A stretch of DNA of 64,000 nucleotides from Eledone cirrhosa. Taxonomy: Eukaryota. The notes under the pieces were generated by a model, which saw only the letters and a list, made by a program, of their open reading frames with translations, was not told the DNA's origin and did no database searches. The stretch covers positions 85,374,001 through 85,438,000 of the forward strand of contig OZ024740.1 of assembly GCA_964016885.1 (NCBI GenBank), written 5' to 3'. The translations under genes were made by a program, and so were the position numbers. Below, one piece after another: positions 12,881 to 25,485 of this stretch. The number at the start of each line of letters is the position of its first letter. The first letter of the stretch is position 1.

Positions 12881-13546
12881 TCCCATGGTCACTAAACTGG
12901 CAACCCCACCAAGGTTTCTTGGTGAGGAGGGTGACTTTGGACATCCTGCAGGACTAAAAACAAAACCTGTCAAAGGGCAAAGGAGCTCTTAAGAGTCAAT
13001 GGCCATCCAAAATCACCGGGAGAGATGACCCCTTAGCCTTTGTCAAGGCAGAATTCTAGGAGAAGGAAAACTCTGATATAACACCTTTAACCCTGATGGT
13101 ATCCAATGATGTTAACTTGTTCTTCTTTTTGGTAAATATCATCTTGATTAAGAGAGTGGGACTGGCTTTGTGCAATGCCTTTGCTCACTATAAAAGCTTC
13201 ACGGCACAGGCATTGCTTTATATCTGGAGATCTCTTTGCACTTGTCGTCACATGGTACCATGGGCCCAGCACTATGTGTCAATAATTGTCACAAGTGTAG
13301 TGTTTGTACCAGAGTTTTCAAGTCGCTGGCTGGACTAAAAAGTCACACTTGTTCAGCGCATGGGTAGGAGTTCTCCTACATGGATATAAAGTAGTGGCCG
13401 TACTCGAAAACGAGTTGGCAGCCACCAACATGCATGCATGTATATGGCTGGACTAAAAGGTCACACTCGTTCAGCGCATCGGTAGGGGTTCTCCTACATG
13501 GATATAAAGTAGTGGCCGTACTCGAAAACGAGTTGGCAGCCACCAT
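12881..13546 (+). mobile_element. RTE-like derived non-autonomous element with a duplicated 3' end
   Basis: CTAGGAGAAGGAAAACTCTGA resembles an RTE 5'UTR motif (from memory); ~100-bp terminus ending CTCGAAAACGAG-TTGGCAGCCACCA occurs at ~13327-13427 and ~13446-13545; another copy reversed at 31908-32075. Confidence 0.5.
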
Positions 13547-13920
13547 GTATGCATGTATGTGTGTGTATGTATGTATGTGTGTGTATGTATATGTGTGTGT
13601 ATATGCACAGATATTTAACGTATGTACTCAATGTAGGCAGTTCATGTTACAATGAGGTACGCGTATATATGTGCATTTCTGCATGCTCTCTCACATATAA
13701 ACAACATGTGTATGTGGTGTGACTGAGTGTGTTTTGTAAATATGCATGCACATGTGTGTTTGTAATTACATGAATGAACAGATGCATGTGGATGTATTTG
13801 CATTATAAGAAATATAGTAGAAAGCTAAACGCCATAGGACATAGAAATTCAAACCAAGGATAACACACACACTAACACAAACACGCACACACACACACAT
13901 ATAGATAGATAGATAGATTA

Positions 13921-13989
<69 letters not shown>

Positions 13990-14115
13990 CAGACAGGTAG
14001 ATAGATGATAAAGATAGGTATATATATAAATAGACAGATAGACAGACAGCTAAATAGACAGTCAGACAGACAGTCAGACAGACAGTCAGTCAGACAGTCA
14101 GCCAGACAGACAAAC

Positions 14116-14158
<43 letters not shown>

Positions 14159-14354
14159 CGGGAAAATACAGAGACGATACACAGAAACACATTTTAAATA
14201 AACAAACAAGAAAAGTAAGACGATCCATTTCTTTCGTAGAGGGAGATAGCTACAAACCTCCCGTATTTCGTCTTTATTATATCATGTAGGTATATATATA
14301 TATATATACGTATATATACGTGTATATACGTATATATATATATATATATATATA

Positions 14355-14740
14355 CAGTTGTCCCCTGTATTCGCGGGGGTTACGCTCCTAGAGAACCTGC
14401 GAAGAGTGAAGAACCGCGAATATTGGACGTGGTCCATAATAATTGTTTCTACATTTGGCACAAGACCAGCAATTACCAGTAGGTTACTGGTACTTTATTT
14501 TATCGACCTCGTAAGGATGAAAGGCAAAGTTAACCTCGGCTGGATTTGAACTCAGATCGTAAGGGGACGTAACTATGCTGGAAAGCATGTTCGACCCTCT
14601 ACCGATACTGCCAATTCACCGCCATAATAATGCCTATAAACGTCAGATCATAACGTAAAATATAGGCCGGCAAATACGGTATATTGCCACGAAAAAGCCA
14701 TAAAAATAGCGGAAGGTATTTACGATTCCGTGAATATGTG
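14355..14740. mobile_element. Tigger/Tc1-mariner-like MITE remnant interrupted by a SINE
   Basis: Begins TA|CAGTTGTCCCCTGTATTCGCGG; other end unclear. Confidence 0.4.
14444..14622 (-). mobile_element. SINE family A
   Basis: Aligns to 5900-6112. Confidence 0.85.
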
Positions 14741-14844
14741 TTGGTTTCTACGAACAATTATTAGTTATGTTCTGAGGAAAATTCCGAGAATAGCCGGGAC
14801 TGCGAATGCCAAGACCAATGATGCTATTTTGATCTCTCGTTCCC

Positions 14845-15012
14845 ACTCCTTAGAGTTACGTCCCTTTATGTACTGAGTTCGTGTCCCGTCGAGGTTAGCT
14901 TGCCTTTCATCTTTACGGGGTCGATAAAATAAAGTACCAGTAAGCACTGGGATCGATTTAATCGACTTTTCCCTTCCCTTCAAATGCTGGCCTTGTGTCT
15001 AAAGTAGAAACA
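14845..15012 (+). mobile_element. SINE family A (5' truncated)
   Basis: GCCTTTCATCTTTACGGGGTCGATAAAATAAAGTACCAG core. Confidence 0.8.
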
Positions 15013-15241
15013 ATTATATTAATACTGGTCTTCTTGAGGCAAAATAGGGAGATTTCTATAAAGAAAGCTATATCCATTTTCACAGGAGAAGACAGCTCTC
15101 GCCCAACCCAAAGTCGGATGGGGTAAGTTGACCCGACCATGGTGTAACACGAAACGTACAATACCACATCGGCAACCGGACTCACCTAGGAATCTAATGC
15201 TCAAACTAGTGAACCAATAGTAACTTAAAGTTACACACCAA

Positions 15242-15369
<128 letters not shown>

Positions 15370-17032
15370 CTTGCGCGTGTGCTTGTATGTATGTGTGTGT
15401 GTGTAATTTAATAAACGAAACTCAATATTATATTCCTTTCCTTTCTTTTTCTCTTATTTTATCTTATCTATTATTTTTTTCGTTTAGATTTAAAAAAAAA
15501 TTGAAATTCGATAATAGATAACTCACCTAATAGGATGGTAAAGGATGGTATCAAACAAATGTTATCTCCAGAAAAATTACTGAAAGCTTCCAGATAAAAC
15601 GAAGAATTTTCAACAATTTGATGTCATCTTCCCGCGAAATAAATATATCGCTTATTTATAGTATCACTGGGTTACTTTATGTCCTGTCCTACTCAGATCT
15701 TCGGTTGAAGCAAATATGGATTTCCTTTCAGTTTGTAAAAAAAAATACCCTGAAATAATATTAAAATTTATAGCTTAAGTATATATAATAATCTATTTTC
15801 TTACAGCTTTCCCTCGACGCCGATATTAACATATATAACAAAATTTTAATATTTTGAATTAAAATATAAACGAAAATATTACCGAAAGTCTTACTTAAGT
15901 TCCATAAAATACAGTCTATATAATTCAACCAATAACTATATCTATATTAATATATATACGTATATATATATATATATGTTAATATAGGTATATACAAATG
16001 CGACATGTATTTTATGTATCGTCTGCCAAAAAGGCTTCAGGAACGATGCCTGGTATATGTGTATATTCCCGATTAGCTATATTTTATACATGGATATATA
16101 TGTGTATAAAAAGTGTATACATTAATATATTTATATACATATACTACTGGATAATTTTATTTATTTATTTATTTATTTAGTTATTTAGTTATCATTATTA
16201 TTGTTGTTGTTGTATATACATATTATCAGTGAAATTCGTTCAAGTATAAAATTGGTTATCTTTTTATCTGCTTCATCACAAACGATATAGCAGAGCTTCC
16301 TGACTAAAAATAAATACAAATATTTCCACTGAAAGTGTTTCCTAATCACTAGAAACACAGCTATAATAAATATAATAAATATATCTACATTAATATATGT
16401 ATATTTATGTGTGTATATATATATATTTACACATACCTGTCACTGTGGGTGTATATGGATGCACTTATTTACGTATCCACTGCTGGGATTGCCTAACAGT
16501 TTTACTACTATTTACGTGCACCCGTTTAGTTGAATATTTTCCCAAACTTTAGAATGGAATATATATGAATATATATATATATATTCTTACCACTATATAT
16601 ATTTTTATATATAAATATCTTTATCTACCTTTTCGTTAACAAATATTCTTTGATTTTTGTTGAATTCTCCTTTTTTTCTTTGACTCTTTTGATCTCTTTC
16701 CTTGCCGTTTATATAATTATAAACAATCCACTTGTCGCTAAGGAATTCCCTAGCCACCAGTAAATGCCGCCGCCAAGACAAGCAAGATCCAAGAGGGGTC
16801 CAGAGTAAGAGTAGGAGTAAATGAGAGAGAGAAAGGTGCAGAGAGAGAGGGGGAGACAGAGGCCCGTGGGGGAGGGGGGGAATGAGAGGCACAGAGAAAG
16901 AAAGAGAGTGAGAGTGTGGGAGAGGTGAAGAGAAAGAGGAATAGGGAGAGATGAGTAACCGAGTGCAGTGACGATCAGAGTGGGACACAAAGACAGCTAC
17001 TTGTGTGAAAGCGAGAGAGAGAAAGAGAGACT

Positions 17033-17066
<34 letters not shown>

Positions 17067-17196
17067 GGGACTGTGTATGTGTGTGTATGCGTGTGTGTAT
17101 GTGTGTGAATGTGAGGTAGATAAGGAATAAGTATATGTTTAAGAGAAAGAGAGAGTAAGAGAAAGAAAGGATTTAAGCGATGAGAAACTGTGAATA

Positions 17197-17227
<31 letters not shown>

Positions 17228-17248
17228 GGGAGAAGAAGAGAGAGAGAG

Positions 17249-17282
<34 letters not shown>

Positions 17283-17469
17283 AAGAAAATGAGAGAGAGA
17301 GAGGAAGAGGGAGAGAAAGGGGCGTGTGAGAGAGAAAGAGAAAGGAAATTAGAGGGAGAAGGTAAAGGAATGAGTGAAGGATGAAGGGAGAGGGCAGATA
17401 GATGCGTACAGTTAAATGCTGGTGTAACTGATACCTAATTAAGAGGCATATGTAGCAGAGAGCTTTAGA

Positions 17470-17980
17470 AAAGAGTAATATAGAGAGAGGGGTGAGGGAG
17501 GGGGGAGATATACAGCTAGGAAAAGAGTAATATATAGAGAGGAGTGGGGAGGGTGGGGGAGATATACAGAGAAGAGTGGGGGGAGGAGATATACAGCTAG
17601 GAAAAGAGTAATATATAGAGAGGAGTGGGGAGGGTGGGGGAGATATACAGAGAAGAGTGGGGGGGGAGATATACAGCTAGGAAAAGAGTAATATAGAGAG
17701 AGGAGTGGGGGGGGGGGAGATATACAGCTAGGAAAAGAGTAATATATAGAGAGAAGTGGGGGGGGAGATATACAGCTAGGAGAAGAGTAATATATAGAGA
17801 GAAGTGGGGGGGGGAGATATACAGCTAGGAGAAGAGTAATATAGAGAGAAGTGGGGGGGGGGGAGATATACAGCTAGGAAAAGAGTAATATATAGAGAGA
17901 AGTGGGGGGGGGAGATATACAGCTAGGAGAAGAGTAATATAGAGAGAGGAGTGGGGGGAGATATACAGCTAGGAAAAGAA
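17470..17980. repeat. ~45-50 bp G-rich minisatellite, about 11 units
   Basis: Repeats of GAGATATACAGCTAGGAAAAGAGTAATATATAGAGAG(G/A)AGTG(G)n. Confidence 0.92.
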
Positions 17981-18340
17981 TGATACAGAAATGATGCTAA
18001 GAGAAAGATTGATAGGGGGAAGTAAGAGAGAGAGAGGGGGGAGACAGAGAGTTAGATAGAAACAGGATTGAAAGAGAAAAAGAAAAAGATTGATAGAGGG
18101 AAGTGAGAGAGAGATAGAGAGAGAGGGAGAGAGGGAGAGAGGGAGAGAGGGAGAAGAGAGAGAGATAGAGAGAGATAGAGACAGATGGAGAGGGAGAAGA
18201 CAGAGAGTTAGACAGAAACAGGATTATGGAAAGAGAAAAAGAGAAAGATTGATAGTGGGAAGTAAGAGAGAGGGGGGGATAAACTCGATAGCAAGAGAGG
18301 GTGAGATAGAGGAAGCAAGAAAATGAGTGATTCGTAGATA

Positions 18341-18428
<88 letters not shown>

Positions 18429-19233
18429 TAGTGTTGTGGAAGGGACAAACTTAATAGAGAGTGGCGTGGCCTCTCTCGACTCTGAGAGAGAACGGGTGAG
18501 AAAGAGGAAAGAGACTCAGAGAAAGGATTTAAAAAAAGATAAAAAGAGAAGGATTAATAGAGGAAAGAAAGAGAAATACGATTGCAGGTAGCTTGGCTCC
18601 TCTCTCAACCACGAGAGAAAGATAGGAAGAAAGAGACGAGAGAGAGAGAGGTAGAGTGAGAAAGAGAGAGGGGGTAGGGCGAGAAAGAGAGGTATGACAG
18701 AGGGGAGAAAGAAGTGGGGATGCGAAGTTAGAGTATTTATGAAGAGTAAAAAGGAAAAACAAAATGCTATCTCGTCTATCTGTGTGGAAATTAATACGGA
18801 TGTCTACAATTAACAGTTGAGCGACTGTTTCATTTTGACTCTTTCCAGAACATTTAGATATCAATGTGTATATATGTATGCATTTATGTGATGTGTGTGT
18901 ATGTGTATGTGTGTGTGTGCATGTGTCTTTGTGAATGTATGCATGTCAGTGCGTGAGGATCTCTCTAAATATGTTATATATGATTTTCCCAGTTTAAAAA
19001 AAAACATAATTGATTACTTAATTTATTGGTCAATTTGCTTATGAAAACTAACCAAGAGCTTATCTCTGAAATTGTGAATATCTCTTTGTTCTATTCAGCG
19101 CATGATTTCCCGCCTAATTTTTTTCAAAGTGACCGTCCATTTTTGAGACCACGTGACACTGCAGTGCCGACTAATACTGCTATATTCCCAGTCTCATAGT
19201 GGTAAGATCGAAGTCGGATATATCAAACGAATA

Positions 19234-19358
19234 CCTGCTGATGAAAGAGACCCTGTTCTATTGTGCAACAACTGCTAGATGTACTTACGACTTGTATATG
19301 CACACTGCAAGTCGTGATGCACTAATCTAGAGGCTCTAGAAACCTTATGTTGTTCAGG
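19234..19358 (+). ncRNA. Candidate hammerhead ribozyme with an extended, structured stem II
   Basis: CCTG-CTGATGA-AAGAG..[CTAGAT..ACGACTTG/CAAGTCGT..ATCTAG]..CTCTA-GAAA-C..G-TT-CAGG. Confidence 0.5.
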
Positions 19359-19606
19359 GGATAAATTATTTTACCTGTTGGTATTCATTATTGTTATTGT
19401 TATATACTATAGTTCCATACAGCTAATCAATATATCATTTATTGTTCTCCCCTATACAACTTTCTCTCCCTTATATAACTTTATGTCTTTACTTTGGTGG
19501 AGAAATCTATTCATTTTTCACATCATCGAGTGCTTTGGACCTGCCTCAAATAATTCGACTGATGCCTGCCCTATTGCAACTTCAGGCTTCAATACAATAC
19601 TAATAC

Positions 19607-19687
<81 letters not shown>

Positions 19688-19710
19688 GCTCGCACTCTCT
19701 CTCTCTCTCA

Positions 19711-19767
<57 letters not shown>

Positions 19768-19793
19768 TGTAATAAACAACATAAGATAATTAT

Positions 19794-19851
19794 TTCATTT
19801 ACCAATGGTTTCTTGAAAACAGATATATCTGTTTTCAGTCGTCAGAATGAA
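19794..19851 (-). ncRNA. Type-I hammerhead ribozyme
   Basis: TTCATT-CTGACGA-CTGAAAACAGAT AT ATCTGTTTTCAA-GAAA-CCATTGG-TA-AATGAA. Confidence 0.85.
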
Positions 19852-20505
19852 TAAAGCATGGTGTTTTTATTAAATATGGATTTGAAAACAAAATATAAGA
19901 AATATGAAAGTGAGGCTGGGGAAACAACGGGCGAAGAAGAAGAAGAAGAAGAAGAAGAAGAAGAAGAAGAAGAAGAAGAAGAAGAAGAAGAAGAAGAAGA
20001 AGAAGAAGAAATAAAGAAAAATACATATGTATATATAAAAACAATAAATATATAAACATACACACACTCAACCGCAAGCATATACTAAAAAGTCACATAA
20101 GCGTATATGTATCTACAGGCATGGACAAAATACATACACATACATATACATGAAGTAATAAGAATAAATAAATAAGAACAAAAAATACTTATCATTGTCA
20201 ACACGTATCTTTTATTTTTTACTTTGTATTTTTTGTTCTTATTTATTTATTCTTATTACTTCATGTATATGTATGTGTATGTATTTTGTCCATGCCTGTA
20301 GATACATATACGCTTATGTGACTTTTTAGTATATGCGTGTGGTTGAGTGTGTGTATGTTTATATTTTTATTGTTTTTATATATACATATGTATTTTTCTT
20401 TATTTCTTTTTTCTCTTCTTCTTCGCCCGTTGTTTCCTCAGCCTCACTTTCATATTTCTTATATCTTGTTTTCAAATGCATATTAAATAAAAACACAATG
20501 TTTTA

Positions 20506-20563
20506 TTCATTCTGACGACTGAAAACAGATATATCTGTTTTCAAGAAACCACTGGTAAATGAA
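20506..20563 (+). ncRNA. Type-I hammerhead ribozyme
   Basis: TTCATT-CTGACGA-CTGAAAACAGATATATCTGTTTTCAA-GAAA-CCACTGG-TA-AATGAA. Confidence 0.85.
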
Positions 20564-20890
20564 ATAATTATCTTATGTTGTTTATTACATAACTAATAAG
20601 CTCTGTAGCCTACATAGAGCACTCTTTTTTCCTGTACCTTTCCGACGGAATTCATTCACATATATATATATATATATATATACGTGTGTATATGCGCGCG
20701 CGTGTGTGAGTGTGTGTGCGCGTGCGCGCGCGTGTGTGCGTGTGTGTGTATCTTTCACAACTCATAAGTTTTGTAATCAGTTAAAACAGTGACATCTGCA
20801 GGTACTTAGGTTTCGCTGTGTTATTACCCCAACTCATAAAGTCTGGTATATTTTAATGGAATACTTCCTGGAAGAATTCTCAGGACAGGA

Positions 20891-21479
20891 AATCCTGAAA
20901 ATTCCAATTAGTTAAATAAATAAATTAAGATAAACTTATATGTGTAAGGAAGATAATTATACTAAGAGAAGGAGGATAACTCGTTTTTAAAGAAAAAAAC
21001 AAGAGTTAATTTGAAAAGTCGAAAATATTAGTCTCCGCTAGATCTTCAGGACGAATTTCGCTTCGTGGTGGCGGTGGTGTGGTTGATGGGGGGGGGGGGG
21101 GGGGGGGGGGGGGTCATCAAATAAAACTGCACAGTATTCTCCATAACATGGAAGATACGGGAAAAATACACCCACTACATTATTGGAGCGAAATCTTGTC
21201 AATTATGCAGTGCAGAAAAGTGGAATATACCCTAACTACGGTTTCTTAAAAAAGCACTACCTAAATACGAGACTAGATTTTTTCAATCGATGCACCCATG
21301 AAGTGAAATTCGTTCTGAAGAAATGGTCTAGGTCAGACGAATAATGTTGACTTTTCGAATTAACTCATGTTCCTTCTTTGAACACGAGCTATCACCTTTT
21401 CTTTTGTTAGAATTATCTCCCTTACATATATAAGGTTTACCTTAATTTATTTATTTGACTAATTGGAATTTTCAGGATT
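20891..21479. repeat. Old diverged inverted repeat (~20891-21070 / ~21293-21479) with decayed HHR-like cores
   Basis: AATCCTGAAAATTCCAATTAG...CTAATTGGAATTTTCAGGATT; TCTTCAG at 21043 and CTGAAGA at 21315. Confidence 0.75.
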
Positions 21480-21655
21480 CTGATATATCGAACCACACAT
21501 ACTCAACCAATACTTCCTCCACACCTATCATATTCTGATATATCGACCTACGCACACTCAACCGATTCTTCGCTCCTGTTATGTTCTGATATATCGACCC
21601 ACACATACTCGACCTCCCCCCCTATCAAGTTCTGATATATTGAGCCATACATACA
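21478..21655. repeat. Four ~50-bp tandem units (TTCTGATATATCGA.CCACACATACTC)
   Basis: Direct inspection. Confidence 0.8.
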
Positions 21656-22982
21656 TTACATGCGTGGGCTCAAACACATACACACATATACCACTGATTT
21701 ACTCTGATTCATTAAGGAGACTTAGAATAATAAACATCTGAGCACAACATTTTCTCGGAGAGACAGTTTATCTTGGACTACATTATCCAATGTATCCTTC
21801 TTTTTAAATAGACAGTAGTATGTGATTTGAGGGAGATTTGACTGTTTCCTCATTTGATTTTGTTAACGTTATCCAAAAGTGTTGTTACGGCTTACACCTG
21901 CCTAGATTTAGCAGACCTCCTTTAAGATAATATCTTACAGCAAATTTCTTGGGTGATTTTAATGATAGGGGCCCAGTCCTATAATGTCAGCAATTTTTCC
22001 AGTGATCAGAAGCAGCAGGATTTTAACTTGGAATGCACAGAGCCAGAACAGATGCAACAATGCATCTCGTTCGGTCCAATGCTCAAACAATTCCACTAAT
22101 TCACTGCCCAAGGCTATTATTTTATTTATCAATCCCGAAAGAATCAAAGGCTAAGTTAACCTCAGCGGAATTTGAACTCAGAACACAGAGATCTGGTAAA
22201 GAATGCCGTAAGGTATCTAATCTGATGTGCTAACAACTTTACTAAATCGCCACCTTAGCGTCATCAAAGACTCGGTTCACGGAGTGAAACCGAGATGTGC
22301 TGTTCAGGCGAGAGTGTAGAGTTTAGCTCCTCACCATCGTCTCCTCTCTGTCTGTTATTTAATTGTATTACAGAGATAAAAAAAAAAAGTGAATTGTTAG
22401 CTGAAGTTCAGCCTTTTAAAGAATCTGATTCAATGAAACAACAGATGAATGAACAACAAAGCCAGTGATTTAAAATTAAAAACAAAATTAACAAAAGCAC
22501 ATAAAAAAACAAACAAGAATAAACAAAAATACTGGGTGATGAAAAGATGATTAAATAATAGTTTTTTTTTTATAATAATGGGAAATAAGAAACCAGGAAA
22601 TGACACTTAGAACCGGGGAACAAACAATATATTACACGGTGTTATTTCGAATTATTTAATTTGCAAAGAATAAAGGAATTTTAATTGGAATTGCGAAGAC
22701 CAGTGATTTATTAATGAATCATTCAAGTTGATGAAATCAATTCATTGGCATATTTTAATTTCATTTGTGCCTTTTAAGTTGATTGACAGAATCGTTAGAG
22801 CGTCGGACAAATATTTAGTGGTATTTAGTTACGTTACTTTCTGAGTTCAAATCCCACACAGTCTCCCACACTCACTATGTATATATATATATTTATAGTG
22901 AAAAAATGGAACGGGAACAAAACAGAGAGGCAGTACGAACAAAGGTTTATTAGTTTCACGCTCTTGAGAGTGGGGTCGTGGT

Positions 22983-23044
<62 letters not shown>

Positions 23045-23300
23045 ATATACATATATGTGTGCGTGTCTCTCTCTCCTCTCTCTATCTGTATTAGTCAAGG
23101 TTCCGTTTCCGGCTACGTAGGAAGATAAGGAAATGTACATTAACGATTTAATAATGAGAAATAATAAAAAATAAAATATAAAAAGACTATGGCAAGATAA
23201 GATTATCAGTAGATTTCTCATGCATATCATATAAAGTGGTATATATATGTGTGTGTGTGTGTGCGTGCGTGTGTGTGTGTGTGTGCGTGTGTGTGTGTGT

Positions 23301-23349
<49 letters not shown>

Positions 23350-23599
23350 AATGTATGTATGTATGTATGTATGTATGTATGTATGTATGATTACATGAGG
23401 TTGGAACGAATGTAGTGCCCGATTTTCGAGTAGAAAATATAGAGCAAGTTTTATTATAGTCTTTCCAGATTACAAAACCTCTTTAAACTCACCTGTAAAG
23501 TTCACTCCATATTTCAATCAACAGAACATATTCGATATACCAGGCTCTAGGGATTCCATATAGGGATCAACGCAAGTACTGTAGCATCAAGATCTAACC

Positions 23600-24310
23600 A
23601 AAGCACTTATGATAATATCTGCCTTCTTGGAGATAATTTATCAGCAGCCCAGAGAGCTACCCAGAAAATTGGTTTCTTCTTGAACGCATCGAAAACGAGG
23701 TATATGTACCATCCATCACTCCTCCTTTGTGTTCACTTGATGGAACCAACATCTAAAATGTTGAGGCGTTCAAGTACTTGGGTGGTTACATCAACACATC
23801 TTTTGACGTCTCAACCCGATTTGGTAAAACCTGGAGAGGTATCCACTCTCTTCGTAAAGTCTGGACAGCATCAACAAATCGCTCCACAAAAGCCTGGGTA
23901 TTCAATCCTTCTTCATGGCTCAAAGTCATGGACCTTGACATATACACTAACAAAGAAGTTAGATGGTAAATACACCCGTCTCTTGCGTACTGCTCTTAAT
24001 ATCTTTTGGCAGTCACACACACCTAACAAGATCTTATATGGCTGTCTTTCGAAGATTTCAACTGTAATAAGAAAGCGTCGTCTAGCTCTTTCTGGACATG
24101 TAACGAAACACAGTGAAGCTGCAGCTAGAGTTCTGTTAAAGTCTCCAGATGTAACTTGTAGACACAGTCGCCCGAACCTAACCCCATGAAAATCATTGAA
24201 AAAGACGTTGGACTACATGGCAGTGTCTTGATGAACGTGATGGAAGATCGCGATACATGGAGGAACTTCATAGTGTCACCAATTGGAGTTGGACAACAAT
24301 AATAAATAAT
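23600..24310 (+). mobile_element. Degenerate 3' part of an RTE-clade LINE
   Basis: NASKT, FKYLG, LLHGSKSWTLT..KLDGKYTRLLR..RRLAL.GHV motifs across frames; (AAT)n-like tail at ~24297-24310. Confidence 0.7.
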
Positions 24311-24323
24311 TGTACACACGCAC

Positions 24324-24390
<67 letters not shown>

Positions 24391-24569
24391 CAGTCGATCG
24401 ACTTTCATCAAATCTTACCGAGGAAACAATGTTTCCATTGGTCTTTCCAATTGCTAATCTATATAAAACAGAAGATGTATGTCTGTCTGTCTGCGTAACC
24501 GCATGCATTTCTACATTTTACAACCGATTTGCACCAAATTTCATACATAGGTTTCTGAAGGTTTCGATT

Positions 24570-25485
24570 GTGGGATCCCCCACGGGCAGATAACCCCCTT
24601 AAGCCTCTCGCTTGGAGTCAGCAGTACTACTGCATAAAGGCCCCATAATTCCTGCAGTTTGCCTCCCAGCTTCACCAAAATTAATCTTTTGTTTGCTTAT
24701 GACCTAAAAATAAATTTGCAGGCATGCACTTGCGCAAAAATTCAGGTAGGGGACCCCGGGGGGGGGGGGGGGGGGGTCAGTAAACTGACTTGATGCAACA
24801 AAACGTCATAACTGCTTGAGTTGGTGTTTGGTTTTCACGAAGTGAGATGTATTGGTTACCCATGGCTTATAAAGGAAGGTGAATGAACTTTTACTTGAAC
24901 TTATCAAGGGGACCCCTGGAGGGGGCAGTAAGCCCCTTCGACTTATCTATTGAAGTTCACATTAACACTGTATTAGTACCTGATAACTTTTGAAGTTTAC
25001 GTTCGATTTTAACTTTACCGGACACATTGGTTACCCATTGCCTAAAGATGGTGTTGAAGACACTGTCTATACCCGGAACAAGCAAGGGGACCCCCAGAGG
25101 GCAGTAAGCCCCGGCGAGTCATTTATTGAATTTGGTTATTGTAATGCAGCAAAGCGTCATAGCTTCGATAATTGGTTTGTCCAATAAAATTAATTTCGAC
25201 TTAGTTGTTATTCATGTACTACAGATGAAGATACAGTGAGACACATTTACTTTCATTTCAATTCAGCAAGAGGACCCCCCTCGGGGACAATGAGCCCAAT
25301 TCATTAACCTATAAAAGTTCAAACTGCCACAAAAAAGCACCATGACCTCGGGAGTTTATACTTGATTCTTACAAAAACTCAACGAAATGGTTATTGCCTG
25401 CCATAAGATAGAGCACCACACATTCGTTATCACTTGAATTTTGCAAGGGAACCCCCTAGGGGGGGGGGGGCAGTAAGCCCCCTTG
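24570..25485. repeat. Diverged ~160-185 bp tandem array (6 units) inside the Helitron
   Basis: GGGACCCC...GGGCAGTAAGCCCC motif near 24572, 24750, 24908, 25086, 25271, 25447. Confidence 0.75.

Larger units (their letters stand above)
19762..20660. mobile_element. Back-to-back inverted HHR element (arms 19762-20188 / 20226-20595, right-only tail to ~20660) in (TA)n
   Basis: Arms are reverse complements except for a (GAA)n expansion on the left; related to 47267-50035. Confidence 0.85.

Noticed and set aside
12887-12975. Possible HDV-like ribozyme at the RTE-like 5' end
   Set aside because: A P1-like pairing exists but I could not place P3/L3/P1.1.
15520-15730. Minus-strand splice donor (AG|GTGAGT) suggesting a host exon
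   Set aside because: All three frames contain stops; a UTR exon cannot be supported without RNA data.
19858-20081. Poly-Glu/Ser/Leu/Phe ORFs
   Set aside because: (GAA)n expansion in one arm of the inverted element.
21478-21655. Repeat-spacer-like pattern resembling CRISPR
   Set aside because: Eukaryotic context, degenerate repeats, related spacers, no cas genes.
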